This document shows positions 25,891-38,490 of a stretch of 64,000 nucleotides of DNA, one piece after another. Below the pieces are notes generated by a model. That model did no database searches. It was not told the origin of the DNA and saw nothing but the letters and a program-made list of their open reading frames with translations. How positions within the stretch are numbered: position 1 is the first letter of the stretch; each line of letters begins with the position of its first letter. Source of the stretch: Mustelus asterias (lineage: Eukaryota); NCBI RefSeq assembly GCF_964213995.1, contig NC_135810.1, positions 63,426,001 to 63,490,000 on the forward strand, read 5' to 3'. The position numbers and the translations under genes are program-made.

Positions 25891-26809
25891 TTTAGCCCAT
25901 CCACTCTTGCACATTAAGACTTGACCATTTATTTTAGCGAATTCGCTGAGGTTCATTTTATATCATATTATGTAAATAAAATAAATGAAGTTTATAAATA
26001 ATTCATTAGAGGGTGTTACCCAGTTGGACCAATCTCCAATTTGGTGCAACATTATGAAGGGCATTGTTAATTATACCAAGTAAAGCGTATGTTGATGAAA
26101 GGACATATAATGGGAAATGATTGCAAATAATACTTTTCTGATTCTGAAATGACATTGCTCAAAGCAATTTCTTTCCATGTTGCTATATAGTCTTAAAGGC
26201 TACTAATTCTAATAAAGGTACATGTTTGCCCTAAGCATAACAAAACACTTTTTATTAATTGTATATTATTCATAAACATATTCTTCTGGGCCCTCTTTTA
26301 TGTTGTTGTGGAAATAACTGTTCAACTTACCATTTGAGTCGCTGATTGCATTAGAATATATCTGAAATGTGATTGCACACAACAGCAAAACATTCCACAG
26401 GAACTTTGGATCCTGCATCAGTGCAGAGTTGCCCTGTGCAGTCACAAAATGAAATTACAAGCTCGCTATCTTTACAGTCATGGTTCAGAAATCTGTGCAG
26501 TGAATCAATGCTTGTGGACAAATTCATAAAACATCCATGAAGGCTAACTGTGTGCATTTTTGCACTGGCAGACGTACTATACTCCAAGTTCAACTCCTGT
26601 GAACATTATTATCCACTCACATGCCAGAAAATCACCTGCAAAAAACAAACAGCAATCTCACAGAGTTGTAACTTTTTCAAAAAATGTTTTCACTGTGGGA
26701 ATGTTTTCCCACACTCGACAGGATGACCTAATGCTGGCAAAAATGCAAAACCTGTGGAAACTCAACCGCTTTTCTCGTGTTTGTCACTTATCAGCGAATT
26801 CAACAACGT

Positions 26810-26965
26810 TGATGGAATTCCCTCCCGAACAGCATTGTGGGTCAACCCACAGAACATGGACTGCAGCGATTCAAGAAGGCAGCTCACCAGCACCTTCTCA
26901 AGGGCAACTGGGAATGGGCAATAAGTGCTGGTCAGCCAGTGATGCCCATGTCCCATGAATGAATT
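26810..26965 (+). mobile_element. 3' tail of a CR1/L2-group LINE
   Basis: ggactgcagcgattcaagaaggcagctcaccagcaccttctcaagggcaactggg...atgaatgaat. Confidence 0.7.
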
Positions 26966-27149
26966 TTTAAAAAGATGGATACCACCAGAAGGGTGCCACC
27001 ACACATCCCACAACAAAAGTAGAGAAAATGTAGCCAAAGCAGAGGTGAATGATCCTGAATATATTTTTGTTTTCTCTTTCAGACACAGCTGGCCACATGT
27101 GTCACTCACCACTGACTGATCACAGGTAAACGCTTTCAGGAACATCTGT

Positions 27150-27870
27150 CATTATCATAGGAGATGAAACATTCAACAAATTTTAGGGCTGCCGTTCTCT
27201 TCAGACCAGGGAATAAGAAAATTTTCCCTTACAACAGTGACAAACCATTGAAAACTCTCAGGCCTTTTGAAATGCCAGATTCATTCAAAGACACTAGAAT
27301 GGGTAATGCATTCTTTGTCATATCTGGAGAATGTAACACATTTATCAGTTTCCACACAGCAACAGATCTGCACATCATTGCAATCACATACACAATCTTT
27401 GAATTATACGCTGACCACTTCACTGGAACAACGGTGAACTAAAAGTTATTACATGCAAGCTGCATGTAGACACCTAATGTGTCCTCAGTCACGCATCAAC
27501 AGCAACAAATATCATTTCATGCTGGAAAGCACAGAGGAAAAACTTCAGTGCTGACTTGACCTTGGCATTACTGAGAAAGTTGGAGATGAGCCAACCCCTT
27601 GGGTCTCATACAAGTTGTCAAGAAACCCAAGAGTGAGAGCCAGGTTAGAACGTTCATTGATATGCAGTCACCCAAACCAAGCCATACAAGGAAAAAGACA
27701 CTTGACACTGACAAAAGGTGATATCATTGAGAAGGGGATTGGTGCCAGATATTTTGCTAAACTTCACACCAATGCAGGGTACCAGCAAATAGAGCTTGTA
27801 GAAGAACTGAGGCATCTTACAGAATTTTCTACTCACATTGCAATTCTTCAATACAAGGGGCTCAGTTTTG
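27150..27870 (+). pseudogene. Degenerate Gypsy pol (RT) fragment
   Basis: FAKLHTNAGYQQIELVEELRHLTEFSTHIAILQYKGLSFG resembles the Gypsy RT block FSKLDL..GYHQI.L....R..T.F.TH.G.F.Y.RL.FG. Confidence 0.75.
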
Positions 27871-29734
27871 GAGAGGGAAAATTGGGAGAAGGGGCAGGTG
27901 GGAGGGAAAGAGAGGGAGAAGAGGGGAATAGAGAGTAAAGAATAGGGGAACAATGCAGGGTGCAGAGGGGGGAATGGAGAGAGGAGAGATGGAGGAGAGA
28001 GAATGGGGAGTAAGACTACTGCAATCCAGGGAATGGGGCGTGGGAGAAAATTGCTCAGGTGGGGGAGGAAACTGCTGCAATCCTGTGGGGGTGGGTAAGG
28101 GGAAGGAGTGTGCTGTCAAGAGAAACATAGGCCCGTAACCTCCGCAGAGTGTCAGTCTCCATCAGATTGCCACTCTCAACAGATTTATTCTCATTGTAAA
28201 TGCACAGCTAGTGTCTCGCCCAAGCTTCCTCACTCAGACTGGGAGAGACAGGGGCTGTGCAACACCCCCTGGCAGCATCAGTACAGGGTAACTGGGCACA
28301 GAGAGGTAAGGTATTCCCCCTTCCTACAGCAGTAGCTGACCAGACGGTAGAGGGTGAGGGTGAGTGGTGAGGAGAGGGTATATGTCCTGGACTGGAGAAG
28401 GGGTCCCAGAGTGGGATAGATGGGGGTATGTGGTTTGTACCAGATCGTAAGGGGGTATCCCAAACAGGAGTGGGAGAAGAGGGGACAGTGCCTCAGACCT
28501 GGTTGGGGGGGCGGGGGGGGTGGGCGCGGGGAGGTGCGGTGGGGAGGTGGTAGGTGCCTTGGACTGGAGAGGGAGGGGGCAGTTCCTGAGACGTGGGAAG
28601 TGGGAGGGCGGGGGGGGGGGGGGGGGGGGGGTGCTGGATTGGAAGTAGGAAGGAGGTGAAGAGGTTTCCCAGACCAGAGCCAGAGAGGGGGGGCGGGGGG
28701 GGGGGGGTGGTGGGCTGGGAGGGGTTTGGAGCTGGAAGGTGGGGGTTGGACTGGAAGGAAGGTTGGGACAATGGCGGGGGGGGTGGGTCGGACCAGTAAG
28801 CGGGCAGGTCAGACTGCGTTGGTGGTTTGGACCGAGAGGGAGGGGGTTGGTATGGTGGCACCCCTGTGAGGCCTGATTTGATATATGAAACCATCGGATG
28901 ATGTGATTGTGACAAGTCTTTCAGTTGCTTGTATTTTGAATATCTGCTTCATCAGAGAATGGGCATGCATCAAAAACAATCAGAGAGAAGTGAGGACATA
29001 ACGTGGGCAAATGTGGAACAGGCTGATGGGCAACACATGGTGACATAAAATCTTAGGCCATTTACCTGGAACATCATACCTTACTGATTGCATAGAGTAC
29101 GTTATCAACTTTAGTATCTTTCCCCACTTGCAGCTAGTGCTTTGAACCCAACTGGCACCTCCTGCCAAGCCTGGCATATTGCTGCTTTGGAGTTCCAAAT
29201 CAGGCAAATGTCCATTCACCTACCTCAAGTAGCAGCTTGTCTATTTCATCCATTATCAGAGAGTTGGGGTGAGCAGATAAACCCCAAAATGTCTTCATGT
29301 AAGACTAATGGAAAATGATGTAAATGGTGCACTTGAGATCGTATCACAGCATCTTCCCAAAATATCATTGTCAAAATGTCATACTGAACCTTGCATTGCA
29401 ATCCTAGTCAACTTTCTCTTTCCGGGGGAGGGTGGAGATTGCAAAATTGACTCAACAATTTCACTGATGATTTACTAACCTTTTTACTTTATAGATGCAA
29501 GTAATTCACAGGGCTAGAAAAGAAATATCTTTTCTTTCTGCCTTCCTTCCATTCATCCTTTGAGATACGTGTATTGAAAACAAGTTCAGAATCAATGAAC
29601 CGTGAGCAAAATTATGAATGTTGGCAAACCAAAGATAAAGATGTAATGTTATAATGTTATTAAATGAAACAGGTTTTACACTTTTGTTCATTTTTCACCT
29701 TATTCCTGCTGAGATATGGCTCCATGAGTGCAGG

Positions 29735-30884
29735 ATGTATAGAGATTTGTATTTGCGACAATCCGACTGCAAGCAATTTTTAACTTAACAAATGGAAGCC
29801 ATTACAGCCAAACCTCATTCAGTCCACATTCCAAATGCACACGTTTCTGCTCGGGGTCACTGAACATCACTCAGGGATAGGAATCCTGGCTGATTTTCTA
29901 CTTCCTAGCCAAGATAATTGAGGGTAATTGGAGCTAACCCTGCTGAGATGAGCTACTTCAATACAGGTAGAGAATCAAACCTGAGATTTTCTGGCTTGTA
30001 TGGTTCACTGGGCATTATTTCTATTTGAAAGCTCCTATTAATAGACCTAATGATATACTACGATGCATTTCAGAGCTATTTGATTCCACACTGAAATAGG
30101 TCAATTTAACCCTGTAAGTCAATTTTAGAATATTGGCCGAGATTCTCCCAAAAATATTCTAAGTGCCCAATTTGCCCAAAACAGGAGTAACTCCTGCCGA
30201 TTTTTCAGCGGGATTTTCGAAATGAATCTCCCACACTCTGAGCACTGCAGAGTGCCCTCGTGTTAATCATGCTGAAAAGTAGTGGGCTGAAGAGGCCGAA
30301 GTCAGCGCGCTGAGCGGGCCCCGCGCATACACCGATCTCTGGGAGATCCCTAAACAAGTCCTCCCAGCATTGACATCACTGGCCCCTCACTCCCCACATG
30401 GACATTGCTGGCCTCATCGCCGGTCTCTCACCACCATCCCCCCCACCCCATGGATATTGCTGGCCTCATCACTGGCCTCTCGAGTGGGGTGAGGGTCTTG
30501 AGTTCTGGCATCACTCAGGCCCGCTCACGCCGTTTGTGCCTGGGTTTGCCCTGCAATGAGACAGATGAAGGAGTGTAGGCAGGAGTTGTGTCAGGTCAGA
30601 TGGGGTGAAGTATGGTATGCGTGTGAAGTCAGTGGGAGTGGGCATTTGAGCTCACAGGGTGCGCATGTATAGAGATTTGTATTTGCGACAATCTGACTGC
30701 AAGCAATTTTTAACATAACAAATGGAAGCCATTACAGCCAAACCTCATTCAGTCCACATTCCAAATGCACACGTTTCTGCTCGGGGTCACTGGACATCAC
30801 TCAGGGATAGGAATCCTGGCTGATTTTCTACTTCCTAGCCAAGATAATTGAGGCTAATTGGAGCTAACCCTGCTGAGATGAGCT
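29735..30884 (+). repeat. 220-bp direct duplication (29735-29954 = 30665-30884)
   Basis: Aligned by eye; 4 substitutions. Confidence 0.95.
29790..30010 (-). mobile_element. LF-SINE-like ancient SINE
   Basis: Minus strand cagtgaaccatacaagccagaaaatctcaggtttgattctc...gctcatctcagc resembles the recalled LF-SINE head. Confidence 0.55.
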
Positions 30885-31248
30885 GGGGAGGGGGTGGCAC
30901 ATGGCAATTGCTGGGACCTACAAGATGGGTGGGAGTGATATCGCCATGGAGGTGTGAGGACCGTGTTAAGGACTGTGTTAAGGGGTGCGACAGGAGACAC
31001 GAGAAGGCAGACTTAACCAGGCTGCATGAAGAAAGTCAATCATCTTCTTACGACACTGCAACCCTGTCCTCTTTTGCAGAGAGCTGGCACTGACAATTGT
31101 TGCCACAGCCCCCCAGGTGGGGTTGGTCACTTTGCTGGCTGGATGTCTGCCCAATCATGGGTAGAGTTTCCCACCTCTGCTTGACCCCATCCAGAAGTTT
31201 GCTGAGGGCTCTCTTGATATGTCGACCTGCAGCCTTTCTGGCAGCCAT
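30481..31248 (-). pseudogene. Harbinger Myb/SANT-like DNA-binding protein gene relic, two exons (31248-31017 and 30550-30481)
   Basis: Exon 1: MAARKAAGRHIKRALSKLLDGVKQRWETL, frameshift, WGAVATIVSASSLQKRTGLQCRKKMIDFLHAA. After a ctcattgcAG acceptor, exon 2: GKPRHKRRERA*VMPELKTLTPL. Confidence 0.75.
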
Positions 31249-31413
31249 CCCCCTGATTGGACTTGGAACATGTGCTGGGGAGGTCTTTAAAAGGAGTGCC
31301 CCACTGATTGTCAAGATTAAGTTTTCCCAGGGTGAGTGAATCAGAGGCAAGCCATCACTTCACATGATGCACATGGAGAAAAAAGGTGTTGTTAAGGAGG
31401 CTGAATATACGAT

Positions 31414-32381
31414 GGGTCCTATTTTACCATCTGGATTCTAATTGCTGGGCGGACTTGAAACTGAGTGTTTCAGATCCGATTTTTAGACCCGTTCTCAGGC
31501 GCCCCCATACCCACTCTGCCTGCAAAAATATCAGCGATTCCGAATTGTGCTGCAGAAGCCTGTGGGCGGGGCTTAACGCACCCGAAACCTTGCAGCTCCG
31601 ATCGGCGCCTCCAACTGCACATGTGCAACAAAAAATAGAATGCTGCTCCCCTGCCATATCGCTCCCAGGCCAGATAATGTTTCCCCCTGGCCTCCACAGA
31701 CATTGCCCCATCCCCCATCATTACTGACCTCCCTATCCCCCATCCCCCTGCCACCCAGACCAATCGCATGCTCCCCCCTTCCCCCCCCCCCCCCCCCCAT
31801 TGATTCAGGCAGAGTGGTAGCAGAGCCCCCTTTCCCCCCGCACTGATCTCAGGCAGAGTGGCAGCAGAACCTTCCCTCCTTCCCCCACTGATCTCAAGGA
31901 GAATGGCAGCGAACCCCCCCTCCCCCCCGCACTGATCTCAGGCAGAGTGGTAGCGGACCCCCCTTGCCCCCCCAATGATCTCAGGAAGAGTAGAAGCGGA
32001 ACCCCCCTCCCCACCGATCTCAAGCAGAGATCCGTTGGATGCTTGGTGCTTACCCCCTCACCAACTGGAGCACCCGAATCGGACTTTTATGGAGCATGTC
32101 TGTTTCGTGCCGATTCTGGATGGGTGAACGTGGTGGTAAAAGGGGGAAGTGCCGGTAAAGTTGGGCGTGCAGTCAATAAAGTCAATTGAAATGCATGCAA
32201 ATGCATTTAAATGGCCGTTGCGCCCCGTTTCAGGCGCGGTCCCGATCGCAGCCATTTTTGGGCCTTGGTAAAGGGGGAACTGGCGCGGAGGTGGGCGTGG
32301 ATTGCGCTACTCGTCTCACGCCCGACTTTACTAAGTTTTCACGCCCGAAAACGGGCGCAACACGATGGTAAAATCAGGCTC
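31414..32381. mobile_element. PIF/Harbinger-like MITE (same family as 17717-18910)
   Basis: TIRs GGGTCCTATTTTACCAT / ATGGTAAAATCAGGCTC. 3-bp TSD GAT. Internal repeat of tgatctcaggcagagtgg units. Confidence 0.85.
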
Positions 32382-33085
32382 GATGAGTTTTCCCGCTATC
32401 AGCTCTGACGAGACTCTCCCTGGTTTTCTCACTGGAACCAACACTTTGAAAAGGTATAGTAAGATTCTGCCCACAGCATTGATTGGTAACCTCTGCTAAC
32501 CATACGGCACAATGCTCATTCAAATCCAAACTGGTTATCCATGCTGACTAATCAGAACAATATATATTCATATTCCATTGCATTTCCTTCCATTTCATCT
32601 TTATCATAGGTTTTTTATAAATAGAATATAACCAATATGATTTATTTACAAAAACAGTATATATTAAGCGTTTAGATAAATTCCCTCTAACAAGTATTCT
32701 ATTCAAAACTAAGTGCAGATTTATGCTGCTGACAGTTGTAAAGGTATGGAAATGTCAGTAGAGCTAATGAAAATCTCCATGAAAATTGAATTACTGAAGT
32801 GCATCACTTTGATCTATACAGAATAGACAAAATGCATTTCACATAACAGTGTATTCCCCAAAGCTTCTGGAATCCTATTAGCATACTCCACAATAAAATG
32901 GTTCAATTTTAGCCCTTGAAATATGAAGAGACCTTGTCAGCTATCAAAGAACGATATCTCCAAAGTCCCCGTGAATCCCTCCCAACTGCCACAATATAGA
33001 ATTGAGACAGAAATATTTTCCCGATGTGCGGTACCCCAGGAACAGATTTACACAGAATATTGGTGCGTCATTGGCAGAACTTAAA

Positions 33086-33281
33086 TATTACTGAAAAGAG
33101 AAACATGTTGAAGCTTTTTGTCTTGCACTCATCAGGACGAAAGCAAGAATGCCAAATTTTTAAACAATCACAGCAATTTATACTACAGCAGTGGTATAAA
33201 GTGCTGTCATCTTTGAAGTTTGGCATTCTTGACGAATACAAGATGAAAAGCTTGGGCAACATGTCACTCTTTTCAGCAATA
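33086..33281. repeat. Palindromic element made of two inverted hammerhead-like units
   Basis: tattactgaaaagag..catgttg..aagcttt..gaatgccaaa is mirrored by tttggcattc..aaagctt..caacatg..ctcttttcagcaata. Confidence 0.75.
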
Positions 33282-35282
33282 CACAGAAAATTTTGTTTAT
33301 CATATTATATACTTGGTGCTGAAATGGTGTTGCAGTCTTCCGAGCAGGAGGCATGGATCAGCTCCCAAAGCAGCCTTCTTGCAGGAAGCATTGTGCTCTC
33401 TAGAATATTAATATGATTTCCCGAGTGATAGCATGGAGATTGAAGTAATACTTCCCCCATTCTGCTCCGTTGGACATGATCTGAATCTTTTTCCGAGCTT
33501 ACTTATTTACCAATATTCACCACAGGAAGTTGAATGAAAATAAACGTATCTGGCCGTTGAGTTATTTCTCTTATCACAGCGCTTCAGCTTGGAAAGATGA
33601 TGACATTGGAGCTTCTCGGAGCTAGTAATGGAAAGCACCTTTTAAAATATTTCTGATGCTTGAAGTGATTTTGAAACTCCTCAGTGCACTGAACCTGGAA
33701 AAGTTTGTTATTGACTGAATGTTTTTGACACATCCAACCACGCAGGCAGAAAATGTCACATTTTCTGTTCCGATTTCCAGCATGAATATTTTATTAATAA
33801 TTTCATAGCTGCATTGTGGAATATAAATTGTCTCGGGGGATTAGATAAAAGTTCTGATTTTCAATTGTAATATGAGCTGCTGGCGAAAAATATAGCTGTA
33901 ATAGTTTCTATTAAATCAGTCTTCTTATTTGAAGTCTGCCTCTGCAGTGTCTGTTGGGAAACTTAATTACTGTACCAAGAAGCAAATAAAAGTATATTAA
34001 TCAAATAAAACAAATAGAGAATTAGAAAAAAATCCATAAATCATAAGCTGTGAATGCTTCAGGCACTACATGCTTCATATTTGATCAGGTCAAAGCAGCC
34101 TCCATAGAAAAATTCTTCATTGATCAGTTGTACTGTCAAATTTGATTTGTAAAGCTTTCACCCATGCTCAGGAATATGTTTATTCTCTTGTAGATTTTTA
34201 AGCATTCAATAAATATGATATTTAGCGTGGGCAAAACTCTATCCCTGTAAGATCTAAACACTCTGAATTGAAGGAGAGACTGAAAATTTGGCAACAGAGA
34301 ATGAACAAAGGAGATAAATTTGTCTGTGCCATTATGACTTCAGCTAGATCCGTCTCTGTCATGAAAAAAAAATGGTGTTTGTCCCAGGGAAGTTTAGAAG
34401 CAAGATATAAGCGATGCAAGTAAGTATTATTTCCTTTCATTCCCTATTTCTCTCTTCCTTCTTCTCAGAGAGGTTGTTTCCTCTGGGCTGTGTTAGTTTT
34501 ACAAGCACTCTGAGTGCCTTCCAGCTTCTGATGCTTCAAGTATTCACAAAAGAATCAATGCATCACAGGCAGCCTTTAATAGAATTCAAATACTTCTGGA
34601 ATAACAAAACTCAGAAGTTGGGCTGATTTGAACAGGCGTGGAATGGACAATTTCAACTGTCGCCATCTGTTTGTACCTTAAAAAACTAAGCTCCATATGG
34701 AGCAAGAATGGGCAGATGGGGCAACCATACCGTCAGTTTTGCCCCCATTTTGGGTGAACATTGGCTAAAAAATTCAGAGCTTATAATTTCTTAATGTGGG
34801 AATGCAAAATGTGTTATTTGCGCACGCCAACATTTTGACTAGGTTAATTGTTTATCATGCATCATTCTATTATCCATTATTTTTCCCTTTACATAGATTT
34901 TCCAAAGCAAAACACCTCCGATGTTGGTGACACAGTTCATTTGCCAGTGCACTGGATAGCGAGATGGTAAATGAGTACTGATGCGGATGACTTAGCTGAG
35001 AACCTAAATGGGGCAGCATACGAGCTAAATGGCCATGCACAGTAAAAAACTGGATGCACTTGGCTGACCTTCCAGGCATTCTTCTGCCACCTTCAAGGAG
35101 TATGGAGGCTTCCAGCTCCAACTTGACAGAGGGTACGGCATGGAATTTCCTTTCACTGCTGCCTCTGCTCCATCTCCCTGTCACACTGGAGATCCATAGG
35201 CACTGCCATTTCTTCCCTCAAACCTTTGTGTTGATAGGTCACTCACCCTTCTGCTATCTCTGTAAGGATGTGGCAACAAGTG

Positions 35283-35980
35283 TGATGCGCTATCAATAAG
35301 GCGAAAGACTACCGATATGCCAATATAAGTGTAGGCTTTTATTCACAACAGAATCAGGAGCAGATCCCAACAAATAACCGACCTGGACTGAACAAGGGGG
35401 AGGAGACAGCCACCTTTATACTAGGTGCTGAGGGGAGGAACCAAACTGGAAGGGGATGTGTCCAGGTATGACAAACACACACAACGGTGGTCCATATAGG
35501 ACAAAGGCACAACTGAGGTCCACCACATTCACCCCTTCCTTTTAAAAAAACAACACGGGGGTGAAGCGGAAACAATATCACAAGTCCAGACGAACCGGTG
35601 GCTTGATCCGTCGTTACGATCGTCGTAGTGCAGGTCGCAGAGTCGTCCGAGCAGGGAGCGATGTCGGCCCAGGCTCCGTACAGTGAGCGTCGAGAGAAGG
35701 CGCTGGGTGGTGTGAAGCAGACCGATCCGTCGTCCCGTCCAGTCGTCGGGTACTGCGTGGCGACGGCTCCGGCGACTCAAGCGAGCTGTACATAGGGGCG
35801 AGAGGAATGAGCAGTGGCCCTGGTGGCGTATGGGGAACAGTGGGAACCGGAGCTGAGGGGTGGGGGGCTGCAACAGGCTCTGGGCACACTACATTGGGGA
35901 CAGGGACTGAGGGAGGAAGAGGCGTAGCAGTCTCCGAATGGACGACACCAGGGACTGTGGGGCGGAAGGACTTCCCACCT
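35283..35980 (-). mobile_element. 5'-truncated Gypsy: 3' LTR (35283-35527), PPT and integrase tail; sister family of the two full-length elements
   Basis: Same termini (plus strand TGATGCGC...CACCACA) and the same PPT (ttcacccct). Proline-rich tail ending LRRS. Confidence 0.85.
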
Positions 35981-36094
35981 CACTGCCGCAACACCCATCA
36001 TTGATTAGACCTCACCCCCACCATGGCGCTCAACTTTAGCACAGAAACCTTCATAAAGTACTTCATAAAAAGTAGTTTGGAATCCAAGTTATGA

Positions 36095-36545
36095 AGTATT
36101 ACATACTATTGACAGCACAGGAACAGACCAATTGGCCCAACAGGTTCATGGCAGTGTTTATTCTCCATACAAGCCCCTCCCATATCACCTTCCCTAACCC
36201 CATTAACATAACCTTCTACTCCTTTCTCCCTCGTATTTATCTAACTCCTTGTTAAACGAATTTGTGCTAGCAGCCTTAACTACTGCTTCCATTTTCCACC
36301 TACTCTTTGACTAAGTAAGTTTCTTCTGAATTCCCTATAATGAGTTTTTTTGTGACTATCTTATATTTATGACCCAAGTTCTAATTTCCCCCACAAGTGG
36401 AAACAGCTTTACAATGCCTCTGAATCAAATCCTTTCATAATCTTATCGACATCTGTTGGATCATCCCTCATTTCTTCTTTTTCTTTTTTTTCCAAGTCTG
36501 TTTACTCTTTCAAAATCGATATAAACTCTTCATTCTGGTAGCATT
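36095..36545 (-). mobile_element. Old CR1 3' fragment
   Basis: cagcacaggaacagaccaattggccc tail; ccccacaagtggaaaca. Confidence 0.5.
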
Positions 36546-37790
36546 CTAGTATTTTTTTTCAAAAGATCAGGAAAATTCCTGGCCTGGACAGCGCTCCTTG
36601 GGAGAATGTTCCGACCGAGGTGGGAGGGGTGGTGGGGATGGGGCCTGCAGAGCCGGCCTGGGATGAAGTGTGGAAGCAGCCACAGGGGCTGCTGGGTGAG
36701 AAGGCAGGCTGTTTAAAAGGGCTGCTTTGGTGCCTTGGGATTATGTCCCAGTGATCGAAAATGCACAAAAGCCTTCCAGCCCTCACCCTCAAGACACTCC
36801 CCATGCCCCATCCATGTCACATGCCAGGCTCTGCCCTTGAACCTAGCCCCATGTCCCCTCATGCCCTCATCTGGCATTTTCGTGCCCACTGAATCACAGT
36901 ACATTTTCCAGAACCAATTAACATTACAATGTAAAGTGGTACGTGTAAAAACAAAGCTTTGAAACAATGCATTGTATCAATATATTTCTTCACTGAAAAA
37001 AGTGCAGACTGAAAGCTGATAAAAGTGTCGAACATCCAGGCCCTTTGAAGTTTCAAAAACCACAAACCACAAGCATTTGATCCCACTGAGCAATGTAAAC
37101 CAACATAGTGAAATTAACCGCAGAGATCAGAGAGCCTGCGCTGTCAATCAATTTTTGCACTAGGGAGCTGGTGTTGTGTTATCCTAATAGATATCTGGGC
37201 TGTGAAGCTAAACCCATGGGTTTATAATTTCCCAGTTATGAATCTAATTCTTGCTAGATAAAGGCACCACAGCCATCCATCCCCTGTTCTCGGGTAAACT
37301 TTATTTACTTGCAATCTCCAACTTGAGCTATTTCTTTCGGTACCCCAGGATAAATTAAAATTTGAAGCATTTTTTTCAGCTCCTTTAGTCTGCACCATTT
37401 TTCTTGGGATATGTAAATGAGCAATTTGACTTTTAGTTTTATATGTTATGTAAGGGGACAATCCAACCCCGTCGCAGGTAAAAGCAGACAAAATATCTAG
37501 TCAACTTTTTTGTTTACTGCTTTGTTTTCATTCATAACGCTATTTGTCCTCAAACTGACCCTCCGCCTTGAAATATTAGCGAAATTGCTTTCACATTATT
37601 TTGATCACATTCAATTTTCCTCCTTCCTGGATTTTCAGCCTGCTTGATATTTATTTTTGTTCGTATCATTTTTGATACTCTCCTTCACTGAATAACCATG
37701 ACTCACTTTATAAACCTTAAACTTTCATTTCTAAGTGTAAGTTGCCTTTCAGGATTTTTTCAAAAATAGCCTATCTCTTTTGTATGTTCG

Positions 37791-37960
37791 AAACATAGAA
37801 ACTAGAAGCAGGAGGAGGCCATTCGGCCTTTCAGGCTTGCTCCGCTATTCATTTTGATCATGGCTGATCATCAAAATCAAAATCCTGATCCTGCCTCCCC
37901 CCGTCCCCCCCCCCCCCCCACCCCCACGTATCCCTCGACCCCTATAGAAACATAGATACA
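37791..37960 (-). mobile_element. CR1 3' tail fragment
   Basis: gaaacatagaaactagaagcaggaggaggccattcggcc...gatcatggctgatc. Confidence 0.7.
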
Positions 37961-38153
37961 TGTTGCAATTATGTTGCAATTATCCAAGTTCCCTCCAGCA
38001 ATTAATTGTTTTGACCTTAGGTTTCTTCCAAATGCCCACTGGTTTAAAAATCATTAAGATCAGCTAATGTTTTATATCTGCCTACATTTCTTCACTCAAA
38101 GGCACTGTCATTAGCAACCAGATGTTTGAATCAAACTGAGTATTTGAAAGATG

Positions 38154-38479
38154 GAATCATAGAATCCCTACAGTGCAGAAAGAGGCCGTTCGGCCCATCA
38201 AATTTGCACTGACCACAATCCCATCCAGGTCCTATTCCTGTAACCCGACATATTTACCCTGCTAATCCCCCTGATACTAGGGTCAATTTAGCATGGCCAA
38301 TCAACCTAACCTGCACACCTTTGGACTGCGGGAGGAAACCGGAGCACCCGGAGAAACCCACGTAGACACAGGGAGAACATGCAAACTCCACACAGACAGT
38401 GACCCGAGGCTGGAATTGAACCTGGGTCCCTGGCACGGTGAGGCAGCAGTGCTAACCACTGTGCCACCATGCCGCCCCC
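38154..38479 (-). mobile_element. HE1 SINE, tail type A (CR1-like TTCTATGA)
   Basis: Full tRNA-derived head, V-domain and CR1-type tail. Confidence 0.92.
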
Positions 38480-38490
38480 ATAAATTTTCA

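Larger units (their letters stand above)
30135..32472 (-). mobile_element. Internally deleted Harbinger element carrying a Myb/SANT ORF relic and a nested MITE
   Basis: Termini ggccgagattctccc / gtaagattctgccc enclose the Myb-like exons. The right boundary is inferred. Confidence 0.55.

Noticed and set aside
33024-33416. 130-aa ORF as a host exon
   Set aside because: It overlaps the palindromic repeat and has no recognisable protein motif.
33625-33783. LRR-like minus-strand peptide (..SALRSFKITSSIRNILKGAF..)
   Set aside because: One weak repeat closed by a stop, with no continuation.
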